Shown here one piece after another: positions 1 to 11,087 of a DNA stretch of 64,000 nucleotides. Source of the stretch: Eledone cirrhosa (Eukaryota); NCBI GenBank assembly GCA_964016885.1, contig OZ024740.1, forward strand, positions 98,952,001 through 99,016,000, given 5' to 3'. The position numbers were made by a program, and so were the translations under genes. The stretch's first letter is position 1. Each line of letters starts with the position of its first letter. Under the pieces are notes generated by a model. That model did not search any database, was not told the origin of the DNA, and worked only from the letters and a program-made list of their open reading frames with translations.

Positions 1-199
1 ACTGAAATTATCCATGAATTTAGCTACTGCATCTAAATGAGTATGGGATTATAAAAACGTGCTAAAACTGAGAACATTAAATTAAACACAAAATACTATA
101 ACCAGAGAATTTGATTAGAACAACCTACACAAATGCTTAGAACTTGAAATTGATACAATAATGTACACAGGAAATTAGAAAAATATTAAAAATGCTCCC

Positions 200-358
200 A
201 TTAGCAGAATTTCTTCTGGCTCTTTTACATTCTGCGTTCAAATCCTACCAACGTCACATTTGCCTTTCTTCCTTCCAAGGTTGATAAAATAATGTTCCAG
301 GATTTGATTCAATCAACTCTGCCCAAATTTGATGGCCTTGTGCCTAAATTAGAAATCA
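200..358 (+). mobile_element. tRNA-derived SINE fragment (family also at 25974-26157 and 61830-61937)
   Basis: B-box-like GCGTTCAAATCC followed by 'tttgcctttcttccttccaaggttgataaaataa...ggccttgtgcctaaattagaaa', shared with two other copies in the window. Confidence 0.6.
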
Positions 359-756
359 ATTTTAAAAACTGAACAGATGCTAGAAATAAGATAATAGGAA
401 TAGATAACCTAGCCCTCCACAAAAACTCAAATTTATGAGTGAGGGAGATAATAAATTGACCTCATATCATAGTTTTCATAGACACGAGAAACAAAGGGTG
501 AGCTAAACTAAAAAGTCATATTATAGATAATTAGCCCATATCTGCCACCCTCTTTCAAATTTTGGCACAAAGTCATTTTAATTTAAGAAAAATAATTCTG
601 TCCATCTAATTAAACCCTGTACTTGAATCATATATATTTTACAAACCATCACTCTTGTCTTTATTTTCCCCTGTGTATATATATATATATACATATATAT
701 ATTGTATTGTTTTTGCAAGGTTTCTTAACTGTAGACGGGTGTTGAAACAGATATTT

Positions 757-990
757 TTATACTTTGGGAGGGTCATGCTGCCAATAAAAACACACGCACT
801 TATGGTTTTCACTTCAATTTATAACAAATTTCCAGTTGGTTGGTTTAATAACTGGATGGTTGTTTATTTATTGTCATTAAATAAAGAACAATTCAGTTAT
901 TAAGCCAACCACTAGAAATTTGTAATAAATTGAAGTGAAAACCAAGAGCTGCATGTGTTGTTATTGGCAGTATGACCCTCCCAAAGTATA
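757..990. mobile_element. Fold-back solo terminal repeat (pLTR end) of a Penelope-like element
   Basis: ~100-bp imperfect inverted arms (tatactttgggagggtcatg... / ...tatgaccctcccaaagtata); same terminus at 17110-17448 and at the 3' end of the PLE at 50458. Confidence 0.65.
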
Positions 991-1124
991 AGAAAAAAAA
1001 AAAATTTATATATACATATATGATGATGATGATGATATATATATATATATATATGTACATATATAGTTACACACTTATATCTGTATATATATATATATCT
1101 ATATATGTCTAATATAAAAAGCAT

Positions 1125-1228
1125 CTACAGGATTAGAACTATTTCATTCGTGAGAAATCATCAGAAAGCTGCTTTGTATTGAGTACCTTACTTACTGTGG
1201 GTACCCCCGATTGAACCTGGGATAACTT
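1125..1228 (-). mobile_element. pLTR-like repeat fragment with HHR-like core (family of 47055-47240)
   Basis: Minus strand CTGATGA-tttctcacgaat-GAAA; both parts are homologous to 47055-47240. Confidence 0.45.
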
Positions 1229-1239
1229 ATATATATATA

Positions 1240-1623
1240 TAAGTGTGCTAGCAGGCAAAGTGTATGATAAAGTTATATCTGTATAACTGAGACTGCACCC
1301 ATGTGTATACATATATATACATATCTAATATGTAGGCATGTAAACATGCCAGAAAAATGAAAAAATTATAACTATCTTTAACAAATTTTTGGATCTAATT
1401 GAGCACCCATCAGAAGACGTGTATATGATCACATCAACTACAATGAAACGTTTATTTGATCTTAGTATTATTCTGAATTGGACATACTAATATGCATATA
1501 ATTAGTGCTGGTTTGGGCAAATAATTATGATATACTTTTGCAAGTCGGTGCAGTCTCAGTTACATAATCTTTATTTATACAGCTATAACTTTATCATACA
1601 CTTCAGCTGCTGGCACACACTTC
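1240..1623. repeat. Imperfect fold-back element with degenerate HHR-like core (CAGAAGA at 1411, GAAACGTTT at 1445)
   Basis: Inverted arms aagtgtgctagcag...ctgagactgcacc / ggtgcagtctcag...ctgctggcacacactt. Confidence 0.45.
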
Positions 1624-1714
1624 TTATTATATATCTTAATTAATTGTCATGAGTGCTAAATATATATAAATTATTTCGTCCATTTCAGAATAATAATAAG
1701 AGCAAATGGGAATA

Positions 1715-1823
1715 TCATCATCATCATCATCATCATCATTTTACGGCTGCTTCGCCCTACTTGCAAGGGTGGGATGGGTCCTATTCAGCACAGCATCTCT
1801 CCACTTGTCATCGTCCTTCATCA
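1715..1823 (-). mobile_element. RTE family A 3'-end fragment with (ATG)n tail
   Basis: Reverse complement matches 6570-6672. Confidence 0.75.
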
Positions 1824-2231
1824 TATATATATACACATGAAATTCAGTTCTGTGTGGTTAATTGAAAGAAATACACATCTTTGATAAATATCCAAGTAGA
1901 TACTGAAAAGAAATCTATTAAAAATATTTATCATCCTTTCAAATGACAAGCAAAGTCATATATTCTGCTATGTTTACATACATACATATTTTGATATGTA
2001 TATATATTTATACACATTGGAGCAGTCTCAGTTAAAAACTCTGTATAAATACAGATATAACTATATATATATATATATATATAGATTTTGAGTTTATGTT
2101 GGTTGTATACCAACACCTCAGTATGCAGGCTGGAGCACTCGACGAAGTGCGCAGGTTGGTTTGGTTACTCCGGAGTAGTGTAAAATAAAGTTAAATAAAA
2201 GTCAAATGATTAAAATTTAGCTTCGTTTATT

Positions 2232-2286
2232 ACTGCTATATATATTTCAGTGACAGCCATCTTTGGCTGTGACCTCTTCAGGCAGT
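2232..2286 (-). ncRNA. Type I minimal hammerhead ribozyme (mirror copy)
   Basis: Reverse complement of 2517-2571. Confidence 0.8.
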
Positions 2287-2516
2287 TTGAATTAGTATGG
2301 TATAGACAAGTACATATGTTGTTTAGGTGTATGATATTGTCAATACTCTGATATGCCCAGTTCCTGGCTGGGTTGTTAATTCACTGGGGAACTGGAGTCA
2401 TATGACTCCAGTTCCCCAGTGAATTAACAACCCAGCAAGGAACTGGGCATATCAGAGTATTGACAATATCATACACCTAAACAACATATGTACTTGTCTA
2501 TACCATACTAATTCAA

Positions 2517-2571
2517 ACTGCCTGAAGAGGTCACAGCCAAAGATGGCTGTCACTGAAATATATATAGCAGT
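2517..2571 (+). ncRNA. Type I minimal hammerhead ribozyme
   Basis: ACTGC-CTGAAGA-[GGTCACAGCCA aaga TGGCTGTCACT]-GAAA-TATATA-TA-GCAGT, then AATAAA; stem I ACTGC/GCAGT; palindromic stem III. Confidence 0.8.
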
Positions 2572-2615
2572 AATAAACGAAGCTAAATTTTAATCATTTG
2601 ACTTTTATTTAACTT

Positions 2616-2661
<46 letters not shown>

Positions 2662-2829
2662 CTATATATATATAAAACTATATTACAAAGTAAAACCTAC
2701 TACAGTCAGTAGGCATCTCTAACAAAATACACCCTCGTCCCACCACCCCCACCCCACCCACACCGCCCCTTTCAATGTAAAGTTATGTTGGTGCCACAAC
2801 ATCCAGGCCGAAACAAATGAGATTGTGTA

Positions 2830-3053
2830 GGTGTCACGACAAAAAAACACACAGTACACACTGTAATGTGGCTGTGTAGGCAACACGGTAAAAACCTCCC
2901 AGCCCCACACTGTAAATGTGGTTGGTGTTAGGAAGGGCATGCAGCTGTAGAAAACCCGCCAGACAGTCCTATGCGAGCAAGACAACCACTCTTGCCTCAA
3001 GTGGGAAAACTCCCGTCCAAACCCATGCAAGCGTGGAACATGGACGTTAAACA

Positions 3054-3085
<32 letters not shown>
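2830..3085 (+). mobile_element. RTE-related non-autonomous element/SINE 3' part with (ATG)n tail
   Basis: cacactgtaaatgtggttggtgttaggaagggcat...ggacgttaaacaatgatgatg; further copies at 10025-10222, 33298-33462 and 58185-58317 (minus). Confidence 0.7.
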
Positions 3086-3092
3086 ATATAAC

Positions 3093-3158
<66 letters not shown>

Positions 3159-3188
3159 TATATTTATATATATATATATGTATATATT

Positions 3189-3219
<31 letters not shown>

Positions 3220-3244
3220 TTATATATATATACATATATATATT

Positions 3245-3282
<38 letters not shown>

Positions 3283-3389
3283 CAAGCCAGAATCAGTTCC
3301 CGTCCCACCTTTGCGAGCAGGGAATAGCGGACATAAAATGATGATGATGATGATGATACATATATATATATATATTTTTTTTTTTTAAT

Positions 3390-6300
3390 GACCATGCTGT
3401 AAAATGGAGGGGTAGAGAGAGCCCTTGAGTCTAGTAAGACATCCTCTCTAGTGCTGGCATCACAAATAAAAGCACCCAGTCCATGCTGTAAAGTGGCGCT
3501 GGTGTTAGGAAGGGCATCCAACCAGTGTATCAATGCCAAAACGCTTATCAGCGCAGCAACAAAGAGGAACAACAACAAAATATGAAGACGTCGCATCTCA
3601 GAGTTGCAACACTTAATGTTGGCACTCTCAGAGGTAGACCTGCTGAAATAGCGGAGATGCTGGAGAGAAGGCAGGTGGATGTGTGCTGCGTGCAAGAGGT
3701 GAGATGATGGAGAGGTGCCTCTGCGAGACTAGTCATAGGCAAACGTCTTAGCTATAAGCTATTCTGGGTAGGTAAGGATGATGGCTTAGGGAGGAGTAGG
3801 CATTTTCCTGGCTGAGAAATGGATCAATAAGACAATAGAGGTAGGTCGAGTTAGTAATCGAATAAGTAAGCTTAGATTAGTTGTAGGCAGGAGACTACTG
3901 ACAATCATCTCTGCCTATGCTCCCCAAGCAGGCGTAGGCAAAGATGAGAAAGACTGCTTTTACGAGCAACTTTTACAAACAACCGCAATGACAGAGGACA
4001 AATACATCGTTATGCTAGCAGGACACTTCAATGGTCATGTTGGACAGCTCCAGGATGGTTACACTGGGGTACATGGTGGGCATCGTTACGGCTCAAGAAA
4101 TGAAGAAGGGGTGAGACTTCTTGAATTTTGTGATGCAAGTACATTGACTATTTGCAACACAAACTTCCAGAAACCTGACAAACGCCTAATAACCTACAAA
4201 TCTGGTGAGCACATAAGCCATATTGACTTCTTACTAGTTAGGCAGCGGGACAGGCAGATAGTGTCTAATACCAAGGCATACTCTGGGGAAGAACGTACCC
4301 CACAGCATAGGTTAGTCGTTAGTGATATCTCAGTAAGCAAGAGATGGAATGAGACATACAGGAAGGTGTGGAGAAGAAAGGTCTGGAAGCTAAAAGACCT
4401 TTCACTAAAATACAAATTTAGGAAAGCCCTTCAAGATGTATAATACGAAAAAGAAGACGAGTTAGAGACGTATGACATAGATAATAACTGGAATTTCTTA
4501 CGTGAAAACGTTCTGCAGGCTACCGATGAAACTTGTGGCTGGAGCAGAACTCCAACCAGACAGAGAGTGACCTGGTGGTGGAACAGCACAGTAGATAAGG
4601 CCACTAGAGACAAAAGACTAGCATGGAAGGCTTGGAAAAAGGGTGGTAGTAGCGAAGAATATACAGCCACTAAGAGAGAAGCTAGACGTCAGGTGTACTT
4701 AGCACGCAGGGAGGCGGCGAGTAGGAGGTTTGCTAATGTTCTGCGATGGGAAGTTCAGAGGCGTGCGGTTTTCCACATTGCAAGGCAGTGTGTCAATGCA
4801 AATCAGGATGTTGTTGGAGATAAATGTGTCCAGGATGATGCCGGTGTACTTAGTATCACGAATGATCAGAAAAAGGAGGCCTGGAAATGTCATTATGAGA
4901 GACTGATGAATGTGGAGAACGAATGGGAGAGGGAGAAATTACCCTTAGTAGATCCGACAGAGGGACCAGCTATTGAGATTGACGAATATAGGGTCCAAAA
5001 GGCGATTAAGGAAATGAAAAATGGTAAGGCTGCTGGACCATCGGGAATAGTTGCTGAGATGCTGAAGGCATCAGGGGACGTAGGCACTAAACTGGTTGCA
5101 TGCATCATCAATCAGGCTATATATGGTGGTGTCATACCCTAAGACTGGTGCAGCAGTATTCTCATAAATTGCTACAAAGGTAAAGGGGATGCTCTGGAGA
5201 GGAGCAATTATAGGGGTATAAAAGTGATGGATCAGGTTACGAAAGTGGCAGAAAGTATATTAGCACAACTAATTAGAGAAAGGGTCAAACTAGATGAGAT
5301 GCAGTTTGGTTTTGTGCCTGGGAAGAGTACAACAGATTCCCTCTTCTTGGTGAGACAATTGCAAGAGAGGTTCTTAGAGAAAAATAAGCCACTATACTTA
5401 GACTTTGTTGACCTAGAGAAGGCCTTTGATAAGGTAACCCGATCTGTCATCTGGTGGTCCCTAAGGAAGCTAGGTGTTGAGGAATGGCTTGTGAGGACAG
5501 TGCAAACTTTGTACAGAGGTACTCTCAGTAAAGTCAGGGTAGAAATGGAGTTTAGTGAGGAATTCCAGATACAAGTAGGAGCACATCAAGGTTCGGTCCT
5601 CAGCCCGCTCTTGTTCATTTTAGTCCTCCAAGTCATAACAGAGGAGTTTAAGACTGGTTGTCCATGGGAATTTCTCTATGCTGACGATCTGGTTCTTATA
5701 GCAGAATCAGTACAGGAGCTAGAGAATAAATTCTGGCTATGGAAACAGCAGTTGGAAGCAAGAGGACTGAGAATGAACATAGCTAAGACAAAAGTGTTGA
5801 GGAGTAGAAAAGAAGACAAAACTCTGATTCCGTCAGGGAAATGGCCATGTTCGATATGCAGAAAAGGAACTTGCATAAATTCTAGAAAATGCACACAATG
5901 CAGATCCTGTGTACTCAATAGATGTAGCAGGATAGCAGGCAAACTAACAGGTAGGGAGAAATATGTATGCAGTATATGTACAGGGAAATTAGACTTTAGA
6001 AGTCGCATTGAGAGACACATTTTTCAAATGTAGGAGGGCACTATAGAAGTGGAGGATAGCTTCCGGTACCTAGGAGATCAGATTAGCATGGGAGGAGGGT
6101 GTTCCGAGGCCATAGTATCTAGAATAAGGACGGGTTGGAAGAGGTTTAGGGAGCTGATTCCTCTGCTGACGAAGAAGGGTTTCTCCCAGCGTACGAAAGG
6201 CCGGTTGTATGATGCCTGTGTGAGGAACGCGATGCTGCATCGTAGTGAGACATGGGCAGCAACTGCAGAGGATATGCGATGGCTGGAGAGAAATGACGCA

Positions 6301-6672
6301 AGCATGCTCCATTGGATGTGCAGTGTAAATGTGCGTGAACGACCCAGCATAAAGGTGTTGAGAGAGAAACTGTATCTGAGAGGGATAGAATGTAGTGTAC
6401 GGGAGAGGAGACTGAGGTGGTATGGACATGTGATGCGCATGGAGGATGACCGATGGGTGAAGAAGTGCCAGGAAATGCCTGTTGAAGGAAGACGTGGTAG
6501 AGGTAGACAACGAAAAACATGGGCGGAGGTGGTGCGAACAGACCTCAGATCATAAAAGCTCACGGTGGAGATGACGAAGGACCATGACGAATGGAGAAGT
6601 GCTGTGCTGAATAAGACCCGTCCCACCCTTGTAAGCAGGGAAAAGCGGACGTAAAATGATGATGATGATGAT
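3390..6672 (+). mobile_element. RTE-clade non-LTR retrotransposon, family A, near full length, disrupted
   Basis: APE endonuclease (TLNVGTL, CCVQEVR, GHFNGHVG, HIDFLL, QHRLVV), RT (QFGF, FVDLEKAFD, HQGSVLSP, YADDL) and RTE C-terminus (RRLRWYGHVMRM); (GAT)n tail. Confidence 0.93.
3579..6555 (+). pseudogene. RTE endonuclease-reverse transcriptase ORF, interrupted by stops and a frameshift
   Basis: Collinear ORF pieces 3525-3707, 3988-4443, 4567-5142, 5224-6033 and 6049-6555. Confidence 0.88.
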
Positions 6673-6764
6673 GATATACATATATATATATATATATATA
6701 CGTATGTATATATTTATATATATATATATACATATATATATTTATATATACATATGTATATATT

Positions 6765-6796
<32 letters not shown>

Positions 6797-6806
6797 CATA
6801 TATATA

Positions 6807-6906
<100 letters not shown>

Positions 6907-6907
6907 A

Positions 6908-8868
6908 TTCAGCAGCAAGCAGTACAAGTCAGCAGCAACGTAGTAAGTAAGGCAATCAAAGAGATGAAGATGGGGAAGGCAACCGGTCCATCGGGTATAG
7001 CTACCGAGATGCTGAAGGCAGCTTGGTCTGTAGGTCACACTATAACCACACGTATTGTTAACCAGGTAATACTAGAAGGTGTCATACCAAAAGATTGGAG
7101 AAGTAGCATCATTGTCAACTGCTACAATGGTAAAGGTGATGCACTAGATAGATGGACCAGCTCATGAAAGTAACAGAAAGAGTTATAGTACAGTTGATTA
7201 TGGACCGGGTAAAACTAGACGAGATGCAATTTGGGTTTGTACCAGGAAGAGGCACCACTGATGCCCTCTTCCTTGTCAGGCAGTTACAGGAAAAGTACCT
7301 AGCTAAAAGTAAGCCATTCTACCTCGCATTTGTCGACCTTGACAAAGCCTTTGACAGAGGTCCACGTGCTGTAGTCTGGTGGGCTCTTAGAAAACTAGGA
7401 GTAGATGAATGGCTTGTGAAAGCGGTACAAGCCATGTATAGGGGAGCAGTCAGCAAAGTTAGGATTAGCAATGAGTATAGCGAGGAATTTAGCATACAGG
7501 TTGGGGTCCACCAGGGCTCTGTTCTTAGCCTCCTCCTGTTCATCATAGTCCTGCAGGCAATAACGGAGGAGTTTAAGACCGGATACCCATGGGAACTCTT
7601 GTATGCTGATGACCTCGCACTTATAGCTGAATCTATGGTAGAACTAGAGAAGAAATTCCAAACTTGGAAACAGGGACGAGAAAGAAAGGGTCTCAAAGTC
7701 AACATGACAAAGACTAAGGTCCTTGTAAGTAGACGAGAAAACAGAACCCAGATCCCGCCAGGGAAATGGCCTTGCTCAGTATGTAAGAAAGGTGTAGGTA
7801 GGAACTCCATCCTCTGCCCCAAATGCAAACAATGGTTACACAAGAGATGTAGCGGGATCTCAGGAAGCTTAATTAAGAATGTAGGCTTCACATGCAGCAG
7901 CTGTGCTGGGACAGCAAGCAGCAAACAGCCACAGGAAACAAGTACGACCAATCTCTGGGAGGGGTCTGTAGAAACAGTAGACAGCTTCTGCTACCTAGGT
8001 GACCCAATTAGCAGCGGAGGTGGGTGTTCAGAAAGTAGAATAACTAGGGTAAGAACGGGATGGAAGAAGTTTAGGGAACTACTACCACTGCTAGCTGCAA
8101 AAGGTTTCTCCCTCAAAATGAACGGCAGAGTGTATGATGCGTGTATCCGAACAGCAATATTACATGGTAGTGAGACCTGGGCGCTGAAGGTGGAAGACTT
8201 ACGTAGCTGAGAGAGAAACGAAGCCTGCATGCTCCGATCGATGTGTAATAGTAATATATGCTAACGACAAAGCATAAATGAATTGAGAGAGAGACTGAAC
8301 ATAAGAGGAATCAAATGCTGTGTGCAGGAGAGGCGGTTGCGTTGGTATGTTCATGTGATGCGTATGAAGGATGACAGCTGCATAAAAAGGTGCAGAGTAC
8401 GTGAAGTCGATGGAAACCGCGGAGTGGGGAGACCCACGATGACCTGGGATGAAGTGATAAAAGCCGACCTTATCCAATTACCTCCTCTCCGAGGCGATGA
8501 CACACGGCCGTGACCTCTGGCGTCACGCAGTAATACAGAGTACCCGACCTCCCATGGGTCCAAGCTGAAGCATATAGACAACATGCCCCCACAACCTCCC
8601 ACTGCGAGGTGGTCGTGGAGGTGCCACGGCAAAAAAGCACCCAGCCCACACTGTAAAGTGGACGAGTAGGCGCCACGAAAAAGCACCCAGCACTCACTGT
8701 AAATGAGGTTGGTATTAGAAGAGCATCCAGCTGTAGTAATCAAGCCATATCAGTTCCTGTATGAGCAAGGCGTGGTCAGCCGACCAGACACTGCCCACAA
8801 CAGGACAACTCGTCTAACCCATGCTAGCGTGGAAGAACGGACGTAAAACGGTGATGATGATGATGATG
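6908..8868 (+). mobile_element. RTE-clade LINE family B, 5'-truncated
   Basis: ORF 7152-8210 with RT motifs (QFGF, DLDKAFD, HQGSVLS, YADDL); long 3' UTR ending in (GAT)n. Confidence 0.92.
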
Positions 8869-8890
8869 AAGACATATATATATATATATT

Positions 8891-9001
<111 letters not shown>

Positions 9002-9119
9002 TATAAATATATATATAAATACATATATACGATATTAACAAATGGAACTATTGTTGAGTGCTTTATATCAGTTATAAAAATATTTGCTTGTTGTATCCCA
9101 ACAATTTAAATAGACCTAT

Positions 9120-9176
<57 letters not shown>

Positions 9177-9275
9177 AAAATAACAGATTAAAGTTTAAGC
9201 AAAGAATCGCTGCTTTGATATATATTTATCCTTATCGAGCCTTCTTTGGATTTTAGTCTTCAATTTTATTATTAT

Positions 9276-9560
<285 letters not shown>

Positions 9561-9599
9561 GGATATACGTTCCTTCACGCACAAGGCGCCAAGGTACGC

Positions 9600-9684
<85 letters not shown>

Positions 9685-10024
9685 TACGCAAACACATGCG
9701 CAGAGACGAAGACAAAAATAAATTATAAAAATGGCGTAGACATACAATACAATATGCGGAAACCTAATAGTACCACTGAGGATGTTGCACATGTGCAATG
9801 AAAGAACTTTGTTACACTATATATATATGTATGTATATCTGTATTTTTTACCGTTGGTCACTCAGTGATAACCATTGATGGCCAAATGAATTAACTATGG
9901 TGATATAAAATATACACAAGCGAAAACCAATCAAACAGTGAGCGTGCTCCGTTATTATTTCTGGCAATACTATTACAACAATATGACGCACTCAATTATA
10001 ACAATATATATATGTATATATGTA

Positions 10025-10222
10025 TGCCGTGTAGGTAACACGGTAAAAACCTCCCAGTCCACACTGTAAACGTGGTTGGTGTTAGGAAGGGCATCCAGCC
10101 GTAGAAAACCTGCCAGACAGTCCTATACGAGCAAGACAACCAATCTTGCCTCAAGTGGGAAAACTCCCGTCCAAACCCATGCAGACGTGGAAGATGGGCG
10201 TTAAACGATGATGATGATGATG
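10025..10222 (+). mobile_element. RTE-related SINE/non-autonomous 3' part
   Basis: Near-identical to 2870-3085; (GAT)n tail. Confidence 0.72.
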
Positions 10223-10922
10223 TATATATATTATTTCGACTTGTGCTTAAGTAGAGGGATAAATAATGACAGAAAAGTGAAACTAATGTATGCAAAAAGA
10301 AAATAGCAAAAATAAAATGATGAAAAGTATTCTGAAGGAAACCCCAAAACAACAACAAATACAAATACAATTACTTAAAACAAATTCTGAAAATATATCC
10401 ATCAAGAATAGCATGCAGTGAAGTTATCGATATTTTTATCCTTAGAAAAATCATTTAAATGATTCATATATATTGTATTTATATAATTTGATTTTTTTTC
10501 TAATGATTTTATCTTTATGTTATTTATTTACTTATTTATTTATTGGGAAAAGAATCCAGTGAGACAATGTTTTCAGGAATAAGAAGTTCGTATGGAGCCA
10601 TTGATTTTACTGAAATTGCTTTTTTTTCTCTTCTGCTTGAATTTTAGTTTACTAGATAATATTATTGATTCCTGTAGTTATAATTACACAGATAATTGTT
10701 TACATATATATATATAAGGGTGAAAGCAGTGATTCTTTGCTTAAACTTTAATCTGTTATTTTAATATATATACGTATATATATATATATACATATATACA
10801 TATACATATACATATATACATATATATATATACATATATACATATATATATATACATATATACATATATATATATACATATATACATATATATAAATACA
10901 TATATACACACACACACACACA

Positions 10923-10982
<60 letters not shown>

Positions 10983-11087
10983 TACATATATATCTATATA
11001 TAACTTTGAATATCTTTGAAATGTTTTGGCCAGTATTGGCCCAGGCCATGTCTAACTTAATAGCACCACCTGGCGAAGTCTTTCAAT

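Larger units (their letters stand above)
2089..2622. mobile_element. Fold-back PLE-type pLTR element containing a ~442-bp near-perfect palindrome (2181-2622)
   Basis: Mirror centre at 2401/2402 (ggagtcat|atgactcc); one mismatch seen; related copy at 18818-19215. Confidence 0.85.

Noticed and set aside
7319-7951. 210-aa minus-strand ORF and similar antisense ORFs over RTE copies
   Set aside because: Shadow frames of the RT coding sequence with no independent motif
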